A stretch of 63,610 bases of DNA, counting the filler, from Octopus bimaculoides (lineage: Eukaryota), in NCBI RefSeq assembly GCF_001194135.2. It is 6 parts of 6 records of this genome, joined end to end, with 100 filler letters (N's around TTAATTAATTAA, not from the genome) between each part and the next. Parts side by side here need not be neighbours in the genome. Positions count along the whole stretch, not along the records: positions 1 to 12,952 come from NC_068991.1; positions 13,053 to 43,451 come from NC_068994.1; 4 more parts are not named here. The stretch is one strand, 5' to 3'. The translations under genes were made by a program, and so were the position numbers. Under the pieces are notes generated by a model, which worked only from the letters and a program-made list of their open reading frames with translations, was not told the origin of the DNA and did not search any database. Below are positions 1 to 13,684 of this stretch, one piece after another (within the stretch, counting starts at the first letter, position 1; each line of letters opens with the position of its first letter).

Positions 1-520
1 ATATATATATATATATACATATATGTACAAACACACACATACATATATAGATATAGAAATACTTAATAGAGGTCACAAAATTGACAGAGTACTGACTAGC
101 ACCGCTTTTGCTAAAGATAAGAGTTAAACTATCTCAAAGCCACAAACACAGTCTTAAGTGACTGCTAAAGGAAGGTAAGTCCCCAGCGTACATAGCCGGA
201 TCGAGACTTGGGATTTTGATGTAGACCATCTTAATCCTCATCAGCAGCTCTTAACGCCTTGGATTAAACTGAACTACCTCATATAAGAAAAACCATTGAA
301 AACGTCTGTTGATTTCCAAAACAGAAAAAGTGTAAACAGCACATGCAAGCGTACGTGCTTACTGTAATTATATATGCGTGTAAGCATCACGCCTACACAC
401 ATATATTAAAGGATCAATCAAGCCTTACAACACAAGACAACTTCCAGAAGGACACTTAAAACTACGTATACCAATGAATACACACATTTACACACACGCG
501 CACGCACGCGCACGCACGCG

Positions 521-598
<78 letters not shown>

Positions 599-1339
599 GA
601 CACACACGCAATTACACCCCCGCACGCACACAGAGTTGGCTTGTCCCTCGCCTCATAATTGCTGATCTTGTGCCAGAGTTAGAAAGAATTATTTCTTCCT
701 TTTAATCTGCATGTTATATGCAATCCTTTGACGGTAGACACCCAGTACTCTAGGGTAAGTAAAGGTTAAAAAATGTTTAATGATTACTGCAAGCTTGGGA
801 AGTGGACGAGGGAAAGGCAGTACAGAAATACATTCATATAATACAATGCAAACATTTAAATTGATAGGGCTTTTCTAAGTATATAGACGGTACTTGTCAA
901 CTGGATATTGACATCACATATAATAAGTTTTGTAAGACCAGGTCCTACTGGGATGTGGTCTACAAGTTTTTGACATTCCTTCTTTATCGTACTTAGACTT
1001 AAAGTGCCAAATCTTTTGTATTTCAATTTCCAAGTCCTTCTATTTACTAAGCTTGTGAAATTCCTGTAGCGATATATTTTTATCAATGGGCCATATACAT
1101 CTGTCATTACAAGTATTTTCTTCCCTGTCTTTAATAATCATGTCTCTGGTCGACTAATCTGGATTTTTCTGTTAGTGTTGACTAGAAAACTCCAGATGAT
1201 GGTGACATTTTTACCTTCAATGACTGGCTTAAGATGGCTTCGTACCTGTTAACAGGAGTATCAATTTGGTAGAGCTTACATATTTTTCAATGTAAATACT
1301 ATCCTACTCTATCTGGGCTATTTTTACATTTGTTTGGTG

Positions 1340-2120
1340 TGGTTGACTATCAGCATCAAGAAAACTGAAGTCTTCAAACCAAGTCTTGGAGCAGGACATA
1401 CTCAAACTTCAACAAGCCACTCAAATTAGTCAGGTAATTTAAATATCTTGGAAGTACAATAAACTTTAAGAGTATTTTTGATGACGAATCACTGTTAGAA
1501 CATCTTAGACTACAAGTGCTTTTGGACAACTTACCCATCGTTTGTGGGATGAACACGATGTTAGTCTCCAAACTAAATTAAATGTATACAAATCTTACAT
1601 TTTGGGCAGTACTTCAGACATATAAAGAAACTTGAAATCTTTCACATGTGCGGCTTGCGCAATATCTGCAACATAAAATGAGAAGATCATATACCAAGTG
1701 TCAAAATCTAAGAAAGATAAGTTATCTCCAGTATCCGAAGCATGCTGCTGAACATTCCATGCAAATAGATATGACATGTCGAATGAAAAATGACCGCATT
1801 CCAAAAATTCATCTGTACGGTGGTGGGATATCGCGGTAAAGGAAGACCTGTTCTTAGATATAAGCATAAGTTGAAGCAATCACCAAAATCTCTACAAGTT
1901 AAGTTATCATCTTGGGAAGGTCATTGCCTAGAACGATCTGCAAGGCCTAAAATGTGTCACGATGCATCCAAGCAACTTGAGTTGAGGAAAAAGAACAATA
2001 AAAGAACTATATCTTGAAAACCAACAGACATACTTGCCCAATATCATACAAAATCAAAATCATCAATGTCCCAGTTGCAACTCCATAGCAAAATCCAATG
2101 CATCCACCGCAGATAGATGC
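1340..2120 (+). mobile_element. Old, decayed RTE-clade LINE, 3' part of RT and C-terminal region
   Basis: Broken frames give TISIKKTEV, NFKYLGS, KLEIFHMCGLRNICNIK, RMKNDRIPKIHLYG and RGKGRPVLRYKHKLKQS, typical RTE ORF C-terminal motifs; many stops and frameshifts. Confidence 0.8.
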
Positions 2121-2202
2121 AGCTTCTTAGTTTTTCTATTACTGTCCTTAAGTTCTCTCCTTCAAACACTTGTACGTCGACACCGACGGGAGCGACCATC
2201 AC

Positions 2203-2250
<48 letters not shown>

Positions 2251-2255
2251 GATTA

Positions 2256-2310
<55 letters not shown>

Positions 2311-2311
<1 letters not shown>

Positions 2312-2470
2312 TGGTTTAAATCAGGTTCGGTCTTATTCCTTGTAGAATTAATGTGAGTATCTGTAACCTTAGGTGTTCACAACTTTTCAGTAATCTTTCA
2401 AGTGCTTAGAACTTTTCTGGTAATCCTTGCTGCCCTAAGAGACAAACGTTCTGAAGGAGCTCTACAGAGC
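2311..2470 (-). mobile_element. R4/Dong-like (RLE) LINE 3' end abutting (TAA)n
   Basis: Minus strand resembles the LQK.CLLG.ARI.RKVL ORF terminus, then a short 3' UTR running into the (ATT)n array at 2251-2311. Confidence 0.55.
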
Positions 2471-2719
2471 ATTCTATTTGTCTATATCTTTGCTTACTGA
2501 TCCCAACACACCAATTATTATAGGCACAACCTTCACAGGTCACATACTCTAACTTCTTCCTATTTCAAATTTTAAGGGATAGCACTATTTTTTGGTTTTA
2601 ATTTTTCGTCCTATTTCTTTACAATCCTGGAATCATCCTGGGCATGGAGGGTCGATTAGTAAGAAAATTCGCTACTCTTTATCTATAATTGGGACTATTA
2701 CAAGGGTCTATTACAAGGG

Positions 2720-3005
2720 ACTATAACAAGGGACTGAGAGTAGTATACTGGCAGCGCAAGACCAAGCTTTGGTCACGAAATGGAGGGTCAACCTTAGGAA
2801 TGAGCAAGTATCGCCGCTGTGCTGTATCTGCAATTGAGTGGATGAAACCGTTGCCCGTATTTCGAATGGATGCCCTAGACATGCCCAAAACGACTACAAG
2901 TTGTGGCGAAACGATCAGGTAGCAAAAGTGCTACATTGGAAAATGTGCGGAAAGTGGGGGCTAGAGAGAGGAAAGGCGTGGTATGAGCACAAACCGCTGA
3001 GAGTG
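2720..3005 (+). mobile_element. R4/Dong-like LINE fragment (zinc-knuckle region upstream of RLE)
   Basis: QDQALVTK...DETVARISNGCPRHAQNDYKLWRNDQVAKVLHWKMCGKWGLERGKAWYEHKPLRVE matches the CCHC/RHD/WYEH pattern of R4-clade elements. Confidence 0.75.
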
Positions 3006-3192
3006 GAGGACCTGCTCAAGCAACGGACAAGCAAACCTGTGGTACTGAGCAGTATATTTACTGTTGCCCATCTTTTATACCAAGACACATACTGTACATG
3101 ACAACACTTCCAATTATTTAAGATCAGAAGCCATGATCATGATCATGATCATGATCATGATCATGATCATCATGATCATCATCATCATCATC

Positions 3193-3263
<71 letters not shown>

Positions 3264-3285
3264 CATTATTATTATTATTATTATT

Positions 3286-3462
3286 TCATGTTTGACTTTT
3301 GTTTTGCATTTGTACAAGTTGGATCCGAGTCTCACCCAGAGACCTCAAGAGACAACAAGTTAGAAGTTCATGTAGGTGTTATGCCTAGGGTACCATATAT
3401 TTGGATTTGTACATAGTATTGTTCTAGAGAATGTTTAAGAAACCATAAGAAAATTATGTGTT
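3286..3462 (-). mobile_element. R4/Dong-like LINE 3' UTR (same family as 12600-12952)
   Basis: Near-identical to 12602-12775; abuts (ATT)n; cut by a gap. Confidence 0.75.
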
Positions 3463-3639
3463 NNNNNNNNNNNNNNNNNNNNNNNNNNNNNNNNNNNNNN
3501 NNNNNNNNNNNNNNNNNNNNNNNNNNNNNNNNNNNNNNNNNNNNNNNNNNNNNNNNNNNNNNNNNNNNNNNNNNNNNNNNNNNNNNNNNNNNNNNNNNNN
3601 NNNNNNNNNNNNNNNNNNNNNNNNNNTTAAGTGAGAGAG

Positions 3640-4058
3640 CAGTGCATGCCATGAAAGTGACACTGGGGTAAAATATATGAAGCCCATTATACCCATCATG
3701 ACTACCCGTCAGATAAGGGTACACCAAGCACATGCATCACAACCATATGTGCGTAACATGGTGATCTCTTTTCAAGATAAACAGCGCACGATCTTGCAGG
3801 TGGGGGCTCAGTTCGAATTTTCTTCAGGTCGAGTAGCCCATCCCGCTCAAAAGGTCCCTGAATAAGGTTTGTTTAAGGATGTTGAGCAAAACACCTATGT
3901 TTCCAAAGATGAATTATTCAAACCCCAAAGAGTTCCTCTCAACACATGGCTATGATGCTCCCCCACTACTTCTGCTCATGATCAGAGATGTACATATCGT
4001 CAGCCATCAACGGACATGCTCAACTGGTTAAGGTCAAAGCCATGAGAACCACTGCCTG

Positions 4059-4060
<2 letters not shown>
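3640..4060. mobile_element. SINE-like interspersed repeat
   Basis: Non-coding sequence resembling a cephalopod interspersed repeat, ending at a microsatellite; recognised from memory only. Confidence 0.45.
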
Positions 4061-4137
<77 letters not shown>

Positions 4138-4322
4138 TTATTTTACTTCTCAGAACATTCGGTCTTGTTTGTTCTGGTAGATTCTGTGAGAGCAGCCTGC
4201 GTCAGAGGTCTCACAGGTTCTCTTTCCACACATTATAAGCTTTGATACTTGGTTGTTAATTATCATGGGAGACAGTCAATATCCAAGTACCAATCTCAAA
4301 ATACTAGCTGTCCCCAGATTAC

Positions 4323-4396
<74 letters not shown>

Positions 4397-4400
<4 letters not shown>

Positions 4401-4790
4401 GCTAGTGTATGCTAATTTAGTTAGCAGGTATTTCATTGTGAGGTTTGGTGATAAATCTCCTCAAATCTCAAGAATGTTTCGAAGGATTCTTGCGAAATAG
4501 AGGATGATACTTTTCTGCAGGTCGACAATGCGATTTTCAGTTCCAAACTATTTCAGTGTTTTAGATACCGTTTTGGGTGTTTTGCCAAAGCACCAATTAC
4601 TACAAAAATAATTATTGTCTTGGTCTTTCGCAAGTCTCTTAACCTTTCTTGTTAGATCTTGGTATTTCTCAATTTTCTTAATTTCTTTGGTATCGCTCTG
4701 CTCCGAAAGAGAAATGCAAAATCTGTGATCTTGCGCTCCTGAAATACTTTTGCAATTTTGTGCTTTCAATTACATTGAAATTTGTAGTTT
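4397..4790 (-). mobile_element. R4/Dong-like LINE, RLE endonuclease C-terminus and 3' end
   Basis: KEIKKIEKYQDL..VKRL...FGKTPK, then DLQKSIILYFARILRNILEI*, short UTR, then (TAA)n. Confidence 0.75.
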
Positions 4791-5342
4791 TGAACAAATT
4801 ATATTCAATTACATACATGCAAGCTAGTTAAATAATCCTAGATGTTAACTCTACATCTTGAGATATTGAGTTCTTATTTAGTATGCAATATCCTTGATAG
4901 TACGAAAATGCGTGCATGAGTATGTGTGAGTGTGTGTGCGTATTTGTGTGTATGTCTGTGTATACACACACACACAAACACACTCACACACACACACACA
5001 TATATATATGTAACATATATATAAGTGTATACTATATAGTATATATATATATATATATATNNNNNNNNNNNNNNNNNNNNNNNNNNNNNNNNNNNNNNNN
5101 NNNNNNNNNNNNNNNNNNNNNNNNNNNNNNNNNNNNNNNNNNNNNNNNNNNNNNNNNNNNNNNNNNNNNNNNNNNNNNNNNNNNNNNNNNNNNNNNNNNN
5201 NNNNNNNNNNNNNNNNNNNNNNNNNNNNNNNNNNNNNNNNNNNNNNNNNNNNNNNNNNNNNNNNNNNNNNNNNNNNNNNNNNNNNNNNNNNNNNNNNNNN
5301 NNNNNNNNNNNNNNNNNNNNNNNNNNNNNNNNNNNNNNNNNN

Positions 5343-8300
5343 ACCCAGTATGGGACCCTAACCAGGGTTACGGAAATGAGACAACCTTCAAAGAAATCCG
5401 GAGTGGAGCCCCGAAGGCGGTTTTAGTGCTCAACTCGACACTTTTCCAACAGCTCCTGCAACCAAGCTGGTGCCAAACGTAATGCTCAGCACTCCTTTGG
5501 ACTACGTCAGCAAGGTCGAGAGAAGAATCCTGACGATTGGGTTACCCAGGATTTTCTTATATTTAGCTTAGGCCTGCGCAAAACTGGAGAGGACACTTCA
5601 GTGCTGCTGTAAAAAGTGGCAGATAAAAACACGGAAGGTAGCAGTCACGAGTGGTAAGTCTATTCTAATTGGCGTAGGATATCGGCGCTATGAGTTACCT
5701 CTGACGGTGGGAGGGACCCTTCGTGTCCCATTGATTAGCTACTGCCCACCTCAAGCTGGGCAGCCCCCAGTTAATAAGGTGCTGACTCGCCACAGGCCGC
5801 CTGCTTCGTTGGGTGCTTGGAGCTAAGAGTTTGACTTGAAAAACAGCCTGAAACCTCTGCACCAGATAAACAATCAAAAGACAAGAAACCACCAGTCCTG
5901 CGGTTAACAAGCTGGAATGTCAGGACCATGTGCTCTGGCATATCTGATGACCTACTCAGAGTTGAAGACACAAGAACTAAAGACGCTCAATATAGATATT
6001 GCTGCACTGCAGGGGACAAGACTCCTCTCAAACGGCAAACTCAAAGAACAGGACTTCACCTTCTTTTGGTAAGGAAGAGATCCAGAGGAATCTCGTCAGC
6101 ATGGTGTTGGCTTTGCAGTGAGAAACTCATTACTCTCCTGAATAGAACCACCATCAGGAGGCACTGAGCGTATACTCTCTGTGTGCTTCTTGAGCCCTTC
6201 TGGCTCAGTACATTTACTGAGTATCTATGCTCCCACTCTCTACAGCTCAGAGGAGACCAAGGACCACTTTTACAAAGATCTCAACTGTGTCATTAGAAAC
6301 ATACCAACCAACGAAAACATCTACCTTCTAGGAGATTTTAACGCTCGCGTGGGACCTGACCATGACTCGTGGCCCATTTGTGTCCGACATTTTGGTATTA
6401 GCAACATGAACGACAATGGTCAGAGACTGCTTGAATTTTGCACATACCATAACCTGCGCATCACCAACATATTCTTTTCCAACAAGCCATCCCACAAGGC
6501 ATCTTGGAGACATCCAAGATCTCCCCACTGGCATCAGTTGGATCTCATCGTCACACGAAGATCCTTTCTGAATTCTGTTCAACGGACCAGTAGTTACCAC
6601 AGCGCGGATTGTGACACATCATTCACTAATAAGAAGCAGGGTGAGGATTCTGCCTAAAAAAGTCCATCACTCCAAGAAAGTGGGCCGACCACGCATTAAC
6701 ACTGCCAGAACCTCGGACCTACACTGCGAAAATGTTTTGCTGTTTGTATCAAGGTTGCCCTCAGTAGCTTCCCATCCTCCTCTGCTGAAAGTAGGTGGAA
6801 TTATATCGGGGAAGCTTTGTATACCACATCAATAGATACTTTCGGCATGAGTGAAAGGCAAAACCCAAATTGGTTAGTGCTGGGCTCTCAGAGCTGGAAC
6901 CAATTATCGAAGCAAAGCGCGCGGCTATGATGGAATACAAGAGTGATTCTTCTACAAAGTCACTCAAAGAACTCAGAAAGGCAAGAAATAAAACCCAACT
7001 GACTGCCAGATGCTGAGCAAATAGGTATTGGCAGGAAATCTGTCAGAGTATCCAGTCAGCTGCTGACAGTGGTGACACCCGTGGGATGTATGCCGTTTTG
7101 AAGAAGGCCCTCGGTCCATCCGCAACCAAATCAGCTCCTCTGAAATCAACTACCTGAGATCTCATCAAGGACCAAAGCAAAGAAATGGATAGTTGGGTGG
7201 AGTACTACCGGGATCTCTACTCACGGGAGACCACGGTCGCTGAGGCTGCAATCGAGGGTGTCAAGATCTTGCCAGCCATGTGCGAACTTGACAATCTGCC
7301 GTCTATAGCGGAGCTCACCAAGGCTATTGACTCCCTAGCCAGTGGCAAGGCTCCGGGAAAAGACGGCATCCCCTCAGAGATCATCAAAGCCGGCAAAAAC
7401 ACCACTCTGCTTCGGCACCTTCATGAGTTTCTGTGTCAGTGCTGAGAAGAGGGGACAATCCCTCAGGATATGCGGGATGCTAACATCATTACCCTTTACA
7501 AAAACAAAGGTGACCGTGGTGATTGTAACAATTACCGTGGAATATCTCTTCTCAGCACTGTTGGAAAGACCTTTGCTCGTGTTATCCTGTCCAGGCTACA
7601 ACTGATTGCTTCTCGAATTTATCCAGAATCGCAGTGTGTCTTTAGAAGAAGCAGATCAACTATTGACATGATATCCTCCATACGCCAACTTCAAGAGAAG
7701 TCCAGAGAGCAGAAAATGTCATTATATATGGGCTTCATTGATCTGACAAAGGCCTTTGACTTGCGAAGTAGAAAAGGCCTCTTCATCCTGCTTCAAAAAA
7801 TCGGATGTCCACCAAAGCTGCTGAGGATTATCAAATTTTTCCATGATGATATGCAAGGCACCATACAGCAAAATGGTTCAACATCAGCCACCTTCCAAAT
7901 AAAAAAATGGGGTAAAGCAAGGCTGTGACTTGCTCCTACTTTATTTGGCATCTTCTTCTCGCTGCTGCTGTCACATGCCTTCGAGACATCAGTTGATGGA
8001 GTGTTTCTGCACAGTAGAAGTGACGGGAAACTGTTCAATCTCTCGCGTCTGCGTGCCAAGACCAAAATCAGAAGCTTCTTGATCAAGGAGATGCTCTTTG
8101 CTGATGATGCCGCTCTAGTATCACACACAGAAGAAGCCCTGCAAAGGCTCATCAACAGCTTTGAGCAAGCATGTAGCGACTTTGGCTTAGTTATCAGCCT
8201 CAAAAAGGCCAACATCATGGGTCAGGCTACATCGGACATCCCAAACATACATATTGGAGACCACTGACTGCAGGAGGTAGGGAAATTTACCTATCCCTTG

Positions 8301-8900
8301 ATTCCGAGCTCAATATACGCATTGGCAAGGCAGCTGCTGTGATGGCCCAACTCTCTAAACGGGCATGGAACAACAATAAGCTGACCAAGATCACAAAAAT
8401 AAACATTTACCAGGCATGTGTACTTAGCACTCTACTGTATGGCAGTGGGACCTGAACGCCATACACAAGCCAAGAGCGTCGCCTCTATATCTTTCACTTG
8501 CGCTGCTTCCGGAAAATCCTTTGCATCAAATGGCAGAATCGTGTCCCCAACAAAGATGTCCTCAAGCAAGCAGGAATACCAAGCATGTTTGCACTCCTCA
8601 CACAAAGACGTATGAGATGGCTTGGACATGTTAGTCGTATGGAAGATGGCAGAATCCCCAAGGACATACTCTAGGGAGAGCTTGCTAGGGGCACTAGGTC
8701 TATGGGAAGATCGTTCTTACGATACAAGGATGTTTGCAAAGGGATATGAAGGCCTGCGACATCAATATCAGCAAATAACAAGCGGTTGCCAGCAACCGTG
8801 AAGATTGGCGACGCACCATAGAAGAGGGAACACAAAGGAGTGACAGAGGGAGAGAGGAGAAATGGAAAGACAGGAAAATACGTCAACACAAAGAACGACT
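5343..8900 (+). mobile_element. Near-full-length, decayed RTE-clade LINE (APE endonuclease + reverse transcriptase)
   Basis: Probable 5' UTR 5343-5840; WNVRTM, IYAPT, LLGDFNARVG, HWHQLDLIV (APE); GKAPGKDGIP, NYRGISLLS, FIDLTKAFD, MLFADD (RT); in-frame stops (e.g. TGA at 7443-7445) and frameshifts. Confidence 0.95.
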
Positions 8901-9400
8901 CTTCAATAGTTGTCTGTCTCTCTACACCCCATTTCGAGCATTTAACGACAATATGAGTCTTCGAAAACAGTAGCTCCCATTATTCCCAAAATAAAACTTG
9001 GGATTCATGGAGGGTCAAATTTTGGAACAAAAACAGGGAAGTGGAGACATACAAGGAAACCGAACGAAAACAGACATGGAGGGTCGTTAGACCAGAACGA
9101 GGGGCAAACAGTGAATTCTGGGAGAAATATTCTTTTTGAAAAGAGAAAAGATAAAATAGAGAGATAGAAGACGACCAGTCCGTCATGTGACGAAAAGAGA
9201 GATGGACGATGGTCATGTGTAAGCAACGAAAGAGTGTAAATAAGAAAGTGGGATATATATGTATATANNNNNNNNNNNNNNNNNNNNNNNNNNNNNNNNN
9301 NNNNNNNNNNNNNNNNNNNNNNNNNNNNNNNNNNNNNNNNNNNNNNNNNNNNNNNNNNNNNNNNNNNNNNNNNNNNNNNNNNNNNNNNNNNNNNNNNNNN

Positions 9401-9464
<64 letters not shown>

Positions 9465-10854
9465 CACACACTTACATACATGGATACCTACAGAAATATG
9501 TACAATACACATTGTATTTCGTTACTACTATTGTCTGATAGATATATCGGAAGCCAATTCCTAATTTAATTATTTTAATGTATTTCTCTTTCTTTTCTAT
9601 CTGTTTCTAGTTTAATGTCATCTTTTATTTATTTATTGCCTACTACAAGAATTTTATGATTCTCTTCTTGTAACAATCGTTTGGAGTTGTGTGATGAAAT
9701 AATGGTTCTTCTCATTCCAATTGATTTCTATTTCACCAAACTTTTATGTTTCGTTTTTGGGCGGACCTAATTCTATCAGGGACGTGCATTATTTATTCGT
9801 CTTCTCCGAAATGCCCCCCACCCCATCAGTAACCAATCTTCATTAATCACTTTTCAACCCCCACTTAATTCGTGTATTTCTACGAACGCATATACACGAT
9901 TCTATCAATCGCACTCACACATACCTACATACCTACATGCACACACACATACACACACACACATATATTACTGAGTCCCAAGAGATTGCAATCTGAGAAT
10001 CACAGTATGAGGACGGTTTGGTATTTATAAGAAGTAATGCTCTATATTTCCAAGCGCATATTATTAAGATGACAACGACATTTTAGAAAATGAATTTGAT
10101 GAATTGTGTGATCATTTAAAACAAAAGAAATTAACTGTGAAAATAAGAGTCAAACAATATTACAACAAGAACATCAAAAATGCTTCTAAATTGTACATGA
10201 ACTGGGATCGGTTCAAAGCACAAAGATTCTACTGTTTGTAGCATATTATGGAAAGAGCTGTCGTAGTAATTATACACATACGTACATGCATTTATATACA
10301 TACATATGTGTATACCTGTACATTGGTGCGCGTTTGCGTATGCATACGTGTATATATATATATTAATTATTTATATAATTTATATATATACATACGTATA
10401 TCCTTATGTACAAGGATTCATAGAACTTCCTATTATACATATTTCTTTTTATCAGGCGACGAGCTGTCAGGATATTTGCATGCCGAGCAAAATGCTTAGC
10501 AACATTTGGTACGTCTAGACACTCTGAGTGCAAATTCCATCGAGATCGTCTTTTCCTTTCATCCTTTGGGGGTCGATAAGATAGTTATTTGCTGAGCACT
10601 TGCATCAATGCTATGAACTTCCCATTACCATAAAAAACTGCTAACTCTGTGCTAAATCTTAAAAGTATTATCCCTCTGTCTCTGTCTCCTGCACTCTATT
10701 ATTACATCTTATTCTCTTCTTTTCTCGTGATATATCTTTTATGATTCCATCCATCCATCCATCCATCCATCAATCCATCCATCCATGCATAGATCTATCC
10801 ATCCACTTCTACCCATACATATATATGTATTAAAATATATGTATATGTGTGTGT

Positions 10855-10889
<35 letters not shown>

Positions 10890-11285
10890 TATGCTCAGAC
10901 ACATATACACACATATACGTNNNNNNNNNNTATATATATATATATATGAGTGTGAATGTATGGGTCTGTATGTGTGTATATATATATATACACACAACAG
11001 CTATTGATATTTATTTATAATCTGTTGTGTGTTTACATATCTAGCAGAAGTCACTCAATTGTGTATTTAAGCACAAAATCGTGTGTAATTATTTTATTTG
11101 TACGTGAATATGTGCGTTGAAAGATAGGTGCGTATTTGAATTGAAGACATCTCTTGTTGAAATCATTTCATTCTGAGATGGGGAATGACTACAAGACCGC
11201 ACGACTTGGGTGGTCGCCTTCTCAATTGGACGTTTGTTCCAGTAAAGCAGAGCCAGAGCCAGTGAATATCCTAAATGATGTCTGG

Positions 11286-11317
<32 letters not shown>

Positions 11318-12159
11318 CTATATATTACATAAAGCTGTACATAAATGATACTCGCATACTCCCATCTGACTGTTGGTCGGAAAATAAAAGTAAAAAATCA
11401 CAGAGGCAAACGTAAACGATTCCCAAAGAGAACTTGAGACGATTACACTAAATACTTAAGTGAATTAAGACACTGGCGAAAGGATTATGTGAACTTTGTT
11501 GCATACATGGTACATCTATGTTCATATGTTTTGGTCTGTTAGACCTATCCGCATAGTGCAGTCTCAATACATTTTCCTTGTTAGAAAATGATTTACGTAT
11601 ATATTTGGACAAAGTTGACTCGCATAACTTGAAACAAAGGATTTTATGAAGAGACACAACTCTTGGTTGGCGGTGGGAAAATGGTACAAGATTAAAAGAA
11701 GAGTACTAAATGTAAAATTTTTCTAAATATATATGATTATGTGTTTATGTGTGCATATGCATGTATGAACGCCAGTATGTATATATATTCTATACATTTC
11801 AGCATGCAATAAGACCTGCCAAGTAGATACCAACATCAAATATGATAATTTTTCCAAGATATTAAGTTAATGAGGCTCAGTATATCTGCTCTAAATGGTC
11901 GGCCCATTCTGGTTTAAGTTCAAAATTCACATGGGTCAACCGTAATATTTATTGCTCAGAGGTGGATGAAATAAATCGACTTTCACTCTTCGAAATTGTT
12001 GGCCTTGTGCCAAAATTAGAAACAATTATCATGATTATTACCCTTCACTTGTACAGTGATCTTGTTAACACTGGATCGTTTAACTGACTCCTTATCAAGT
12101 TGTATAGCCAAAGATAGTATGTTCCGCATGATATTTTCTCTCTCTAAAACTGTTCAATT

Positions 12160-12480
12160 GTATCAAGGTGTTTCCGAAGGCATCTCATCACCGAAACAAG
12201 TGTTCCAGTCACTACTGTAATTCTCATTTTCTGGTTCGTGTTCATATCACTTTTCTGTTGCTTTGAAGTGACATACTCGGCTAACAATCCAACGCATTCT
12301 TTTACCAACACAGTCATGTCTGCGTTTATACTTCTCTAGTGCTATTCCACTGCACTCACTCAAAAAGTAATTGATACTTTCGTCTCCTTTCCTGTAGATT
12401 CTGTATTTGCTATCTGACTAAGTTTTGTTGATCTTTGCCTTTATCATGTTTGTTCTAAGGGCTTCTTCCTATATCCTTTT
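12160..12480 (-). mobile_element. Older R4/Dong-like LINE fragment (zinc-knuckle region)
   Basis: RTNMIKAKINK..SKYRIYRKGDESINYFLSECSGIALEKYKRRHDCVGKRMRW. Confidence 0.65.
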
Positions 12481-12599
12481 TCCTCCTCTGGCAATAGATT
12501 CTCCTTTTCCAGACAATTATTATATTATTATATTATTATATTATTGTTATATCATGATCATGATCATTATTATTATTATTATTATCATTATTATTATTA

Positions 12600-12952
12600 T
12601 TTTATGTTTGACTTTTGTTTTGCATTTGTACAAGTTGGATCCAAGTCTCACCCAGAGACCTCAAGAGACAACAAGTTAGAAGTTCATGTAGGTGTTATGC
12701 CTAGGGTACCATATATTTGGATTTGTACAGTTTTGTTCAAGTGAATGTTTAAGAAACCATAAGAAAATTATGTTTGCTTTAAAATTTGAGATCACATAGA
12801 CAGTATTTTACGTAGGATATGGGCAGTTCCCATGAGCACTATCTTTTGGACTTCAGCCATTTTGGGGTTTCCTGGTATCTGAGCTAGGTAGTAATCAGCC
12901 CGTTTCGCTGTCATTCCCAGGGCACCTATGACAATAGGTATTGTTTTCGTCT
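12600..12952 (-). mobile_element. R4/Dong-like LINE 3' end with intact ORF terminus
   Basis: TKTIPIVIGALGMTAKRADYYLAQIPGNPKMAEVQKIVLMGTAHILRKILSM*, then 3' UTR ending in (TAA)n; upstream part lost in a gap. Confidence 0.85.
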
Positions 12953-13052
12953 NNNNNNNNNNNNNNNNNNNNNNNNNNNNNNNNNNNNNNNNNNNNTTAA
13001 TTAATTAANNNNNNNNNNNNNNNNNNNNNNNNNNNNNNNNNNNNNNNNNNNN

Positions 13053-13360
13053 GAGTGTTTATTGAGCGAAAACACCTAAAGCTCCACGAGGCTCCTGCAG
13101 GGGATGGTGGCGAACCCTGCTGTACTCTTCCACTACAACTTTCTCTCACTCTTACTTCCTGTTTCTGTTGTGCCTGTGATTCAAAGGGTCAGCCTTGTCA
13201 CACTGTGTCACGCTGAATATCCCCGAAAACTACGTTAAGGGTACACGTGTCTGTGGAGTGCTCAGCCACTTGCACGTTAATTTCACGAGCAGGCTGTTCC
13301 GTTGATCGGATCAACTGGAAACCTCGACGTCATAAGCGATGGAGTGCCAACAACAACAAA
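13053..13360. mobile_element. SINE-like interspersed repeat ending in (CAA)n
   Basis: Non-coding, short (CAA) tail; resembles a common cephalopod SINE (from memory). Confidence 0.5.
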
Positions 13361-13684
13361 TCATGCATTAGCTTGTAATTTCAAGATTTTGATGACATCG
13401 TTGTTTATTGTGTGTGCATAAACTTTAACAACCAAATCTTATATTTGGGTTCCGAAAGGGCCATATGAACCCTGGAAAAAGCATGGAAAAAGATAAGACC
13501 ACTTCCAAACACATTTCAGAACATGCAAATAGAATTATTCCCTTTCTACATTTAGCAATGAATGACAGCTACGAAGCTCAAAACAGTTGATAGCAGGCAT
13601 TTGCTTTCACCACTACACTCACAACATCTAAACCTATTAACAAGAAAATGTTCTGCCATTGAAGAGCAGTGAACTCCACCTTCA

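Noticed and set aside
205-250. CTGATGA followed by a GGATT/AATCC hairpin on the minus strand
   Set aside because: No GAAA or NUH follows the stem.
12997-13008. TTAATTAATTAA flanked by Ns (also near 43496, 48256, 54517, 58065)
   Set aside because: The same 12-mer inside N-runs has stops in all six frames; it is a scaffolding linker, not biology.
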